Positions 51,801 through 64,000 of a DNA stretch of 64,000 nucleotides are shown piece by piece. The notes under the pieces are model-generated. The model saw nothing but the letters and a program-made list of their open reading frames with translations, was not told the origin of the DNA and did not search any database. How positions within the stretch are numbered: the first letter of the stretch is position 1; the number at the start of each line of letters is the position of its first letter. Where the stretch lies: positions 150,610 to 214,609 of the forward strand of contig NW_003526940.1 of assembly GCF_000181795.1 (NCBI RefSeq), written 5' to 3'. A program made the position numbers and the translations under genes. Source of the stretch: Trichinella spiralis. Its lineage: Eukaryota.

Positions 51801-54414
51801 TTGTTCGAAGGCTCGTTGGCTGTTTCGAAAGCGATCAATTTTTTAAACACAATTATTAAATCCATTTTTTCCCCTTACAATAAGCTCATTAATTATACAT
51901 CTGAAACGATTGCAACTGGCAACAGTCAACTACAAGTTGGCAACTGCACTTGAAACCTGCTTGCCTGTCAAATGCAGCTTTTCAATCAAAATTATACATA
52001 TATGTACAATTTGCGATGATGATGATGATGATATATAAGTCAATGATCCTTTCTTTCTTTGCCTGTTGGAAATGCTAATCACACAAATTGTGAAAAGAAA
52101 CGATGTTCAACGTAACCAACTTTTCTTTTTCTTGTCTGTCTTACTTTTTTTTCCCTACCTCTCGAACCCCTCTCGTTCTTGGCTTATCCGTCCAAAGAGA
52201 GTTGGGTCAGTAGAACAGAGTGGTTGTTTGCCAAGAGCGTGGCCTTCCGATATTCAAACGAGCCGCGGATATAGTTAAGCAAAGGTCAAATATTTATTAA
52301 AGCAAAAATTTGTTCCGCAAAATTTATTACTATTATTATTATTATTATTCGAGTTGCCTCTGCTTTTCACTTTTGAAAAGAAAAAAAAAGAAATACTGAA
52401 ATATTCGTGCAAGCGGGTGTATGCGCGCATGCTTTTTACGTGTGTTCGTGCTTGTGAAGAAAAAGAAGAAGAAAGATGTTCACGTGAAAACTCAAATGAT
52501 TAATAGTCTATTATTATTGTTATTATTGGCTTTTGCAAATTTGACAACACAACAGCAGCCGCTATTTCGAAGCGAAAAAAATTTTTTGAAAAAAAATGAG
52601 AGAAAATTTTGTTCAGAATTTTTTCCCTTTTCTTTTTCGTCAGACGGTACGATACACCCATGCACACGCGGCAACTGACAGCCAGCGTCAAGAGATGAAT
52701 GAGCCGATAAAAATGATGCTAAAAAAATAGCCCCTCTCTTCCTCTCCCCGTCTCTCACGCGTAACCGCACTTCAGCTTTTATATAGTAAGTTCTCCATTT
52801 GGACGAACCGCCGTGTGTCGTTGGAACGCTGAAAAATGGCACCCAGCCGAGGTGACCATCCGCTTGGAAACACACACAGAACTAACTAACAGACAAATTT
52901 AGCCAATTATTATTATTATTATTACAACCGAACGCGCATCGAATGTTCGAATTTTCCACTTTCGTTGTACATACACACTGTGGTGCAGTTTCCAATTTCA
53001 CGCCAAAAATATATACATACATATAAAGTGCAATTCAATAGTTTGACCGATCGAAAACGGCCAGCCATATGGATCGACAACAACAAGAGAGAAAAGCTTT
53101 TGCTCAGATCCGCTTACTCTTCTGGCAGTTTTTTTGCAATCTGAAGACAAAAAAAGAAAAAGACCACCGGTGTGTCACGGACAATTGTTTGTTTCATCTT
53201 TGTACAACGAACGGATATTTTCGACAATTTGTACAATAAATAATTGAATAGAGAGAGAAAAAAATTGTATTTTTCTTTTTTAATTTACATCTGGACATTC
53301 CCAGCAATACGAGACAAGCTCGAATAAAAGCGGCTGAAGGCAAACAACACTCGACCGACGTTGACGTGAACGACTGACGGAACTCGCCAGAGAAGCAACG
53401 TCCTGCCGAGTCAGCGAAACAAAAAAGGCCACGGCACTTATTTGCTAATAATGTGACCACGGCCAGCATTATCTGACCCCGGCCATTGATCATTTGAAGG
53501 AAATGTGTTCGGTAAAAGCACCTGACACTGATGCATAATAAAATACCGTTCACTGCACACATGTGCCACTATTACCTCCTCTCTTCGTATTTTGGGGGCG
53601 AGAGAAAAAGCTCAGCTTAGCCTAGCCCAGCCCAGCCATCATTACTGCACCACAGACAAAACAACACTCGAACAATCAAGCATGCTGCTGCTGCTGCTGT
53701 TGTTCCTCCTAGATGATTCTCATCAATTCAGTGGTTAGTTTTTTTTTTCTCCTCAACACATAAATCAATAAGCATATTTTTCAATTATGCACATACGTGC
53801 GTTCATTTATTTAAACTTTTTCACAAGAAGACAGGTATGGAAGCAATTTCCTGACAAATTTCCATCCGCAAGCAATTCGCTTCAACATACATCGATACTG
53901 TCTGCAATAATTGCTTTGTTGGAATAAAAAAAAATAATTTACTTTCTCGCTGAACACACACACACAAAACTTTCTTTCTTTCTTATTTCTGCAACCTTCA
54001 GCTCAAAAAAAAAGTTAGCTCATTTTGTTTTTTTTTGTTGGTTCAATAAATAAAACGCATTTTTTCCTGCAGCTGCTGGTTGTCACGACATTTCATGATA
54101 GAGATTACTTCGCGTCAGCTGTCAAATGTTATACACAGCGTACGTACCAACCAAGACTAGCACACACAATATCCAATAAATTCTATCCCAACACACACCA
54201 CACACACACAATAACTTTGTCATTGCCAAACAATTCAATACGTTCAAAGCTTGAACAACATCTTTTCTCTCAAACTAAGTGCACAATTTCAGATGACAAT
54301 TATTATTGAAAGACAAAGCAGCAGCGGCTAAGCAATTTTCTAATTAACACTTGACAAAAATACAAAACATACAAACAATTACAGCTGTATATTGCAATGC
54401 AAGTGTTCAGTCAG

Positions 54415-54415
<1 letters not shown>

Positions 54416-54456
<41 letters not shown>
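54416..54456. repeat. (TA)n microsatellite
   Basis: Direct observation. Confidence 0.95.
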
Positions 54457-54462
<6 letters not shown>

Positions 54463-55943
54463 TTTTCTATTCTCACTTTTTCATTGATTAATTAACAAGT
54501 GTTAATAATAATTTTTTTGTTCGTCTGTTGAAAAATAAAAAATTCACATCATTGTACGTTAAAAGTCTGCAAGCAAGCAAATCGTGTTGGTCGAATATTG
54601 AAAAATATAACTGATCAAGAGAAATAAGTGAACTGTTTTTTTTTCACATTCTCTTTCATCTCTAACGAACGAACGGTGACAATAATTGTGATAAGTGCTG
54701 CTAATGCGCAGCGTAATATCTACAACAGAAGCAGACAAACAGCAATCATCAATCTATACTATATATTATATATGTATAGATATACAAAGCCATTAATCAA
54801 AATTGATAACTTAGCGACAACAACAACAACAGAAACGTAGCACAATGCACTGGACCAGAAAGCCACTAAACTACTGTTTAATTATTTTTTACAATTTAGT
54901 TAATAATTATTCAAATGTTAATATAATAATACGCGCCCTGTTGCACACGCTCATCACTGTTCACAACTTGAATCGAATAAAAAAAAATTATAGATTTTGA
55001 AAATTTATGCTTCAGTGATGAAAAAAATCAAACATAAATTTCACCCATTTTGAACAGTACTTTTCAAGTTGTTCTATGAATTGAGAAGATGCGACAAGTT
55101 TCAAAGTGTGTCGGGCGCTGTGTTTTCGTCCACCGTCCGTCCCCCTGCCCATTCCCCCCACTGTGTCCCATTTCAAAGGGGCACGAAGAAGACACGCGCA
55201 TTCGCACTTTCGACAATTGAAAATTGGATTTTCACCAGATTCAAACAGTCATAATCCAACCTAGCCCCTATTGTGCATTTCGCTTGACCAAGCCAGAACA
55301 AAATCTCACCACCATTGTGCGGAAAAAGCAATGAATAGCATACACAGTCGGCACTAGAAAGCAGATGGATGACGATAACTGCTTAATTAATAATAATAAT
55401 TAAGAAAAAAAATTACTGTCACGATAAAAAAAACCCTCTAAACTATGCATATTTATCGATATTAGAACAACAACAACAACATTAGCTGTATTTGACAGAC
55501 TTCTTCTTTTGTCTTTGTAAAAGAAAGCACCTACGTCACAGTGCCATCTTCAATCAAAGATTGTTATCTTCGAACCGGAAAACAACAGCATCTATTATTC
55601 TATTTTATTTTCTGACAAAAAATAGAATAATAATGCTCAACTTATTTTTGACTAATTTCACGAAAACAAAATTCAAAATATTCTGCAGAAGAAATTTTCA
55701 ATTTATTATTATTATTCTAATATATATGGAGGAGAAATTGAAAAAACACAAAACACTAACTATACTGAAGCAGTTTATCAAAATTTCCTTTAACAGGGAG
55801 GCTTAAACTTTTATTTTTACTTCAAAACTTCTTTGCCAATATAAATTATTAGATGAAATGTATTTTTTTAAAAATTAATATTAAACGACCGAATAAATTT
55901 TTCAAACAACCTAAGCATTTTGCAAATACATAATATATCTGTC

Positions 55944-55976
<33 letters not shown>

Positions 55977-58900
55977 TATAGCTTGATGAATAGTTCATGC
56001 ATGCGATCGATAAAGATACATACGTTTCTTTTACTGCAACGGCCTTCTTAGTCCCTGAATGGATTAAGTTGAAAACACCTGACTGAAAAGATCGCTCTGA
56101 ATCGTCAAAACTTTAAAACTTAACTTTGCAAAAGCAGAAATATAAAGTAAAAATAAAGCACACCTACAAACGATTCCGAATCTCCACCATGACTGATTGA
56201 TTATGATCAGCTTCTGATCCGACAACAAAATTACAAAGTAGGATTTTGGTGGAAAAAAGCTAATAAAAATTCACGCTCGTCAAGCAAGACACGTAGTTTT
56301 TTCAATGCAAGCAACCAACGGCAACCAACAACGTCCAGGAGAGAATAGAAAAAAAAAGAACAGAACTTGCAACTTTTTCAAAGAAAATGCAACAAAAAAA
56401 ATAATGAAACTTACTTTTTCTCTTCTAATTTTCAATTGTAAAATAATTTCCTTTATACAATGCAAAATGTCTCCCCACCCCTCTCAGCTCTCCCCCAACA
56501 CATACATCCCCATAGATGGAGCAACATTATTGCCAATTTTTGTATCAAAATATAGTATTCATAACGTATATCTGAATGGATGGAAAACAAACAAAAAGTT
56601 AATATTTTCCAATATGCAAATATCAAAAGTTGTTGTGAGAAAAAGAAACCACAACGGACAACAAACGAGGAGAACAACTGCTGCTGCTGTTGCTGTTGCT
56701 GGTGCTGGTGCTGCTACTGCTGAAGATCTATCTCATAAAGTGCAAATTCGATCGCTTACTTGGTTAGCAACAAGCTGCAACGACGACTGACTCGCCAATG
56801 ACTGACTGTCAAATAGAAAATAGCTGGTCTAGTCACAGTGTTGTCCATTGAAATAAGAACAATTTTCCGTTAAGACACATTTTTTTTCTTTTTATATTTA
56901 TAACCTTCTCCTCGTTGAGCTTTCTCGTTAGCAATAATCAATAAAAAAATTTTTTTTCGAAAAAAAACATTACTAGCAAACGAAGAACGGTAGTGAAAAT
57001 AGCTCGCGTGTAGGATATTTATTATCACGACATTGGAATAAATTAAGAACAAATTATTCGACTGTTATTAAATATTGAAAAAAAAAACGAATATGTTTTA
57101 ACGGTGAGTTGTAAATTGAGAATAATTTTGAAAATTGCATAATTAATTCAAAAAAAAAAGTTTGCAATGCAAATCGGCAGGCAAGTTGTGAGCAGAGTGA
57201 ATGGTGACGACGACGACGACGACGGACGGTTGTTGTTGGCTTTTCGATTGACAAGATTGAAAATCAAACAAGCAGAAAAGAAAGAGAGAAACTTCAGATT
57301 GGAAATTTCTGAAAGGGGGAAATAAAAATAAAAAGCCCGGCGGCCAATGATTGACAAGCGAGTAAACCGAATTTCAAAGCTCTGCTTATCTGACGACAAA
57401 CAAAGCGAAAAGCTCCCCTTCCCCAGCAAAACCCCTTTGTAAGCTTTTGCATCGAAGCTAATTCAAGCAGAGCGGCCCAGCATGCGCGCAAACATCTCGT
57501 CCAAAATATCGCTGATTCATCAAAAATAAACAAAAATTACAAAGTGAAATTCATGAACAAAATCAACAATAATACTAAAATTTACGACAACAACAACAAC
57601 AAAGCTAACAATTTCTACTCTGCCAACCATTTGCCATTCACACACCAAAATACAAAGCAATAAAAAAAATTAAAATTCAAGAAAAGAAAACAATTCTTTT
57701 TTTTTCAAAAAGAAATTTAGCAAAAATCAATATGCATTGCAAAAAATAAAATAAAATGCCACCAGTGAAGAGAATAATTCAATTTCGTTTCACAAAATAA
57801 TACATACCCTCGAATAGAATTGCATAAAATACACTGCTGTTACCGTTACACTGGCTAGAACAATTAACCACCGTTATTCATAAATTATCATTATTTTGAA
57901 ATTTTCCATTTTTATTTTTCAACATCAGCTAATTAATGACTCTGAAGCTAATTCAAAAAAACAAAAATAACAAAAATAACCGCTCAATATTTTTATCCTG
58001 AACAACAAACAGCTAAACATCGATTTGATGATGATATTACAAAGTGATTGATCAAATAACTAAGCAAAATAAATAATGGTATATAAATGGAAAATTTTAT
58101 GCAAAACTTGAAGTTAGTTAGAGAATTAACTGAGATTTTGCTTTGTTGGAAACGAATATCAGCGAAATTAAAATGAGAAAAAAGCCGAACAAGAGCTACG
58201 CAAATTTTTTCTGCACATTCAAAATTAACAAGGGAAAAAATTTTCCTCGTTGAAAACAAAATAAAAAACCAAATCAAAATTATTCAAAAAATTTACGAAT
58301 GACTCACAAAAAAATAAATAAATACAATATTAATAATAATAACAATAATTCATTATAATGATCTGCAACTGAATTGACGAAAATGTTGCAACAGAATAAA
58401 TAATAAATTCAATAATATTTATCTTCGTCAATATTGACGTAACACAAAAAATAAAAAGAATAAAAATACGCATAGAATACATATACATATATATACATAT
58501 ACCTGCCAAAAAAATATTCAATGGAAAAAAAAATCGGAAAATATGCTAGCCGAAATTCGGTTGAAAATCGATCTTTCATCACAATGACAACATAAATATT
58601 TTACTTACTTACTTACTTACTTATTTATTTATTTACTTAGCTACTTTTGGAGAAAAATATTTACCATTTTCATGTAAATTTGAATTAAAATAAAAATACC
58701 ATACTGCAAAGCGTTTGATGATAAGAACTTGTCTCAGTCAATATCAGAAAAACAAACAAACAAACAAACAACTCCATAGAATAATATATTTTTGAAGCGC
58801 AACTTCTCTAGTATACAAATTTGGAAAAATAATTTTTTCATGTTGCATCTTTTTTAATCAATAGCAACAATTTCAAACATGTCGCATATTCAAAACTCAT

Positions 58901-61900
58901 AGGAACGCTAGTCATATGGTCAAAATTCATTTTCCATCATCGATTCACAGACAATATTGAAAATTTTAATAATTGTCACCAAAGTAGAAATTTTTATTGT
59001 TCAGCTGAATGCTTAGTTAGCATTGGAAAATGATCCAATTCACTTTCTTCTCTACAGCAAATTCCTTGGGCTTGTGCAAATAGAATACTTTTGTTTGTAA
59101 TTTTCACAAAGCAGATAGTATAGAGGAGAGGAGAGGAGAGGAGAGGGGGGGAGATCTCTCTAAGCTCAAAGCTCAAAGCTGCTCAAAGAATTGAAACGAA
59201 TCCAACGAAGAAGAAAAGTTATAACGTTGAAAATTGATGACGTCAATTTGAAAACAAGCTTCAGCAAAATCAAACAAGCAATGTAATAGTATGCATGCAA
59301 TTTATATGCAAATTGACGTTGCAAACGTGAAACGTTGGTCAACATGCGCGACATTGGAATTAATCACTTCGCAGCAGAAAGTTAATTAGAAAGCTTGTTC
59401 ATGGTTGGAATAATTTTCGCCATGGCACAACACCAAACGAGGTGCAAACTTGAATGATGTTGTTCAACGAGGATCGATCCAATTTCTGAGAATGATCACT
59501 GTTTACTAGCTTGCTATTTTTAAATGCTTCTCATGCAGCGAAAGGCTTATTATTATTTTTTTGAAATATTGAAAACAATTTCCTATGCTCAAATATTCAA
59601 AAAACAAAACAAAAAAATAAATGCTGCTTTTTACCATTTCCGAAACATTTTGAATAATTTTCTGCAAAATTTACGCTAGTTAAATTATTATTGAAATTAT
59701 ACCCATGAGTTTCTTTTGAGCAATGGAGAAAAATGTATTGCAGCATAAATATATATATATGCATTGCTTAGTAAAAAAGAACATATCAAGCCTCGAGGAA
59801 CTTCTCTATAATGGAATGTTGTTTAAAGAAAGCATTTGAATTCAAGCTTTCTCTCTCTCTCTCACCAATTGAAAATCTTATACATAATGAATGCACGCGT
59901 CAAATCTCGTCAATTTACATTGATAAGATAAAGATTGCACCAATAATAGATGAACATTGAAAAAGCTAACAAAACACGAAAGTTGCAATACGTTTGCGTG
60001 TTTTAAATATTACTTTTTTTTAAAAAAAATTCAAATTATGACAAAATTAACATTCTTAACATACCTTAACAAGAGTCGATAAGAGGCAAGTCTTCGAACG
60101 TTCATAAAATGCGTGATTTCCACAGCAAAATTTCGTCAAATAAGCGAATTACTATAATCGACATAAACTTCATGCTGCGCTCTGATTGATCCATTCGACA
60201 TTGCAGAAATTGCCAAATTTCTAAATTTAACACTCATAAAAACATGCTTAAAAAATTTGCCATCAAGCAGATTATCAGATTGTTGGATAGATAGATGATT
60301 TGATTTTATGGTGGTGCAGCACAGTATCGAATTATGTGATGAAAATTGTTTTCAAGAAAAAAAAACTGATTTTACTCTTAACATGCAATTGTGAAAAACA
60401 AACGTCGCACAATTTCTGCAAAAAATATTGCAAAATTGTGCAAACGTTAATATTTTTCGATCAACTGTTCTTTTTTTTTGATTTCATAAAACAGCTCAAA
60501 CATCTCCTCCTCCCCTGAAGTGTGACGTTAATGCGTGTGAAATAATTTTAATAAAATAAAAATGAAGAAAACAAAATGCAATGCAATGCAATGCAAATGC
60601 TTTTTACCCTGTATGCAAGAAGAGGAAATTTCAAAGCTGCGTGCATTTCGTAAACACTACACTCCCATCATTCCATCCGAGCGGAAACCGTCAATAACTT
60701 CTGCAAAACGCGTCGAATGAGAGAAGCAATGCCGTGACGATGGAGGTGGCCAACTCATAGATTCATGACGTCACATTAATGCTCGAATTTCATTCGTTCA
60801 TCACCTGCATCACAAAGCAACTATAATGTATTGATTTAAAGTCAATTTTTGTATTTATTAAATTTCACTTTAAAATTTTACCTGAATTACTCTCTAACTA
60901 CTAGTTGAATTTGAAAAAATTAAAGTAAATAAAACCATCAGAGTGTCTCCTGCATTGTTTTTGGCAACATGCAATAACAATCTACCATTGGAAATGTACT
61001 TTGCAAAAGTAGCATAAATTTAACATATTTAAAATTTGATAAATTGATAAAAGTGCAAATTTACCGTTTGCAAATGTAAAAAAACAAACAAATCAAGTGT
61101 TATACATTCTTCTTATTGTTGTTGTCAACGTTAATTTTCGAAAATGCTTGGAAAACAACAAAATTTTTGTCTCGTCCGTTCATTATGAGGCGATCAATTC
61201 AGCTAATGGAAATGGAAAATTTTAAAATATTTCCTTTAATATTGACCAATAAATTAGAAATGAGAAAATTTCTTGTTGATGCTCATATTTCACAACGTCA
61301 ATCTGCTTCTACTTTTAGCAAAAAGACAATTTTCTCAGTTAAAAGCCCAACTTTTATCAACGATTTTACTAGATTTTGCCAAAATTGATAACAACATCTC
61401 GCATCGAATAATGTGCAATATTTCAAATCCTGACCAACTGAAATAAATTACTTCTAGTAATTCAAGAAAACATTATTGTCTGTTTAAAAACAAGCTATAG
61501 ATGAATGAAACCAGTTGAATATATAAAAGGGAAAATTTGCTTTGCAATTCAATGCAAAAAAAACTGGCTAGTAAAAGTTGAAATTTTTCCAAAGTACAAA
61601 AAATCAACACTAGACTCGGTGAAAAGCAGTTGCAAATTATTACTGCATTATGCACAATTTTCATTTGCAAAATTCAAAATGGAATATTTTTATTCTAAAT
61701 GGAAACTTTGCTCAATCAGAATATCATAGAAATGTTGAGAGTTGTAATCGATGCATGGACAATTAACAATCTCGGACGGACTAAAATATTTGGCAAGAGA
61801 TGTTATTAACTTCAGAGTAGCAAAATTGACAGATGAACGTTTCAATACCAGCAATGGTTAATGACAATCCAACACGAATAACGTCAGTTCGATTTTAGAG

Positions 61901-63983
61901 AAATTATTCTTTTTTCGTCAAAAAAATGCACCGATACAGAACAAAAAAGTTTTTTTTTAAGAAAAGAAATACTCTAATAAGTTCATAACATTATTAAACA
62001 TGAAATAAGTTTGCATTAGATTAACAAAACAAAATTTGCAATATTTTTTAAATTTAAACATAGTCAGTGTAAAATTCCAACAGCAAAAATATACAATTTT
62101 TAAAAATTTTAACAATGTTTGTAATAAAGACGAGAGATAAAAGGAAAAAAATGAATTTTTAGAAACAGTAATTTGAAAATTTTACAAAAACTTGACAATC
62201 AAATTTTACAGTATCAAAAAATTACGGTACTTACATTTTCAAACATGGTTCGAAAGTTGATAATGGACATAACTGTATAATAGTGTCATTTAGCAGTTTA
62301 AATGCAAACGAATCGTATTCTCAAATTCATTAGAATTTAATTTACTTCAACTAATTATTATTAGATTACATTCGTTAGTTAATTATATTAGCTAAAAGTA
62401 TTATTGCTGTGGTAAACGACGTTCGCCGTGCACAAACGAAGCTTCAAAGAAATAAATCGTAAAACCATTTTTGAATGTTCACAATCAATAGTCACTGCGA
62501 ACTTAAGAGTAAACAAACTGTTAGCTATATCCACTGTTCACGTGAAGACTGGCAGAGATGTTAGTAAGAAATCAAGCAAATTTCCATTGTTCTCTTTGCG
62601 AACGTTATTAAACATACCGAAAAATCAATGCTCTTTCTATATTTGAACATGGAAAAGGAAATCACAAACTAAGCAATTTCAGAAGAAAGGATAATTAAAA
62701 GTAATTTGCTCAGTAAATAAATAAATAGTCTGCAGAGAAAATTCGAAAAAGAAAAACGTGTTAAAGCTTTAAAAAAGTGTCCATTTTTACAGATAATGTT
62801 TTTTCTGGCAAATCTAGATTGTGTGTTTTCGTCAAAGTATTGAATGATGATGATGATGACTTGAAACACGTTTCCATTTAAATTGTTTCCAAATGTCCTT
62901 TTCATGGAAAAATAATTTATTTTGTGAGCAGGTAATTTTAATAACCAATTGCCTAAACTTTTCCGTCCGATGTAGAACAGAGCTTTATTGAACAAAGCAT
63001 AGCAAACTGGTTCCAAACCTTGTACTAAGCAAAGTGTGTTCATTTTCGCGAAACAGCAGCCTCGACTTTATGCAAACACAAAAGTATGCTTGATACTACT
63101 CCAAATACGTGCCAGCTTGTAACCATCACGCAACTTGCCTTGCCACAATCTGATGCAACAATATAACTGTCAATTATGAGTCGTTTTCATGCAAGCCGCA
63201 CTTTATTGGCTGCAAATATAACATTTTTGGAAAACAACATTTCAAATGCTGCTACTCAATCGATGCATGCATGCCAAGCAATTTTCGCCTTGCCAACAGC
63301 AAAGCGAACATGCTTCGACGTCCATAGTCCATCATTACTCATTGCCCATAGTCGCAAAGCAATTTATCACATCAAAGCCAATCTTGATTTTTCGAAAATT
63401 TTCGTCAGTTTCTAGCGTTTGATTATTAAAACAAGTATAATTTGATTTAATTTTAAAAATCTTTCCCAATTTGACAGATCATGTTCCTTTTTGAGAAAAG
63501 ACAAAGCAAATTTTGAACTTTTCAATTCAACGTAATAAAAATTCGAAAAATAAAAAGAAGAACAAATAATTAAATTTTGTGTCATCTAAATATGTTCGAA
63601 TAGAGAAAAGAAAAAAACAATGGACAGAACAGAATCGATGAAAGGTAGGTAACGCAATAGTCGTTGCGCAAAAGATAACTCTAGCCGTGCTATGAAATTA
63701 ACATGTCATGTCAAATTATTCACGACGAGTAGATCATATTCATATTGACGAGTCTGAACAACAATTGTCCAAAGGACATGCAAATGCAAAAAATTAAAAA
63801 TGGAATAAAAAATCAACCCAACATTTTAATATGGAACAAAATTTACAAGCAACCCATGTTTACTTGCATCGTTTCAACAAGGTATGAACAAAATTTCTCA
63901 AAAAGTGAAAAAATTTCCAGCATATCACATTCATTTGAAACGCATTCTCAGTTTAATATTCGATGAATTATAAAATAAGATTT

Positions 63984-64000
63984 GTCTTACCTGGTTGTTT
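63984..64000 (-). other. Possible exon end and splice donor (CCAG|GTAAGA) of an exon extending beyond the window
   Basis: Reverse complement of the last bases is AAACAACCAG|gtaagac, a strong consensus donor. Confidence 0.35.

Noticed and set aside
37280..62520. FOXO/DAF-16 sites (GTAAACAA) near the PRAS40-like gene
   Set aside because: Few, scattered, and expected by chance in AT-rich DNA.
46000..63900. Numerous 60-160 aa ORFs
   Set aside because: Low-complexity, microsatellite-derived composition with no domains.

Overview
AT-rich eukaryotic draft scaffold with short GT-AG introns, many microsatellites and four 10-N gaps (16647, 19841, 20478, 24490). Style and gene content suggest a nematode, probably clade I and Trichinella-like; this is inferred, not shown. 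Supported genes: RPA1/RPA70 (minus, 488-3807) with a near-identical partial second copy on a gap-bounded contig (16888-19840); CWF19L2 (minus, 9364-~15888), whose 3.56-kb intron holds an antisense nested secreted PAN/apple-domain gene; an IR25a/GLR-7-like ionotropic receptor (minus, 25153-29958, 3' end missing at a microsatellite and gap); and a PRAS40/AKT1S1 (Lobe)-like gene (minus, 39255-45820). Decayed LTR-retrotransposon pieces include a DUF7041-type Ty3/Gypsy gag present as two inverted copies and a BEL/Pao LTR-PBS-gag remnant. The last ~18 kb is mostly non-coding and ends in a minus-strand splice donor. Highlights: a PRAS40-like mTORC1 regulator with an intact Akt site but a non-canonical TOS motif, the nested gene, a period-5 'drifting' repeat, and a structured GC island in a PRAS40 intron. 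Exon joins were translated by eye, and family calls come from recalled motifs, not database searches.
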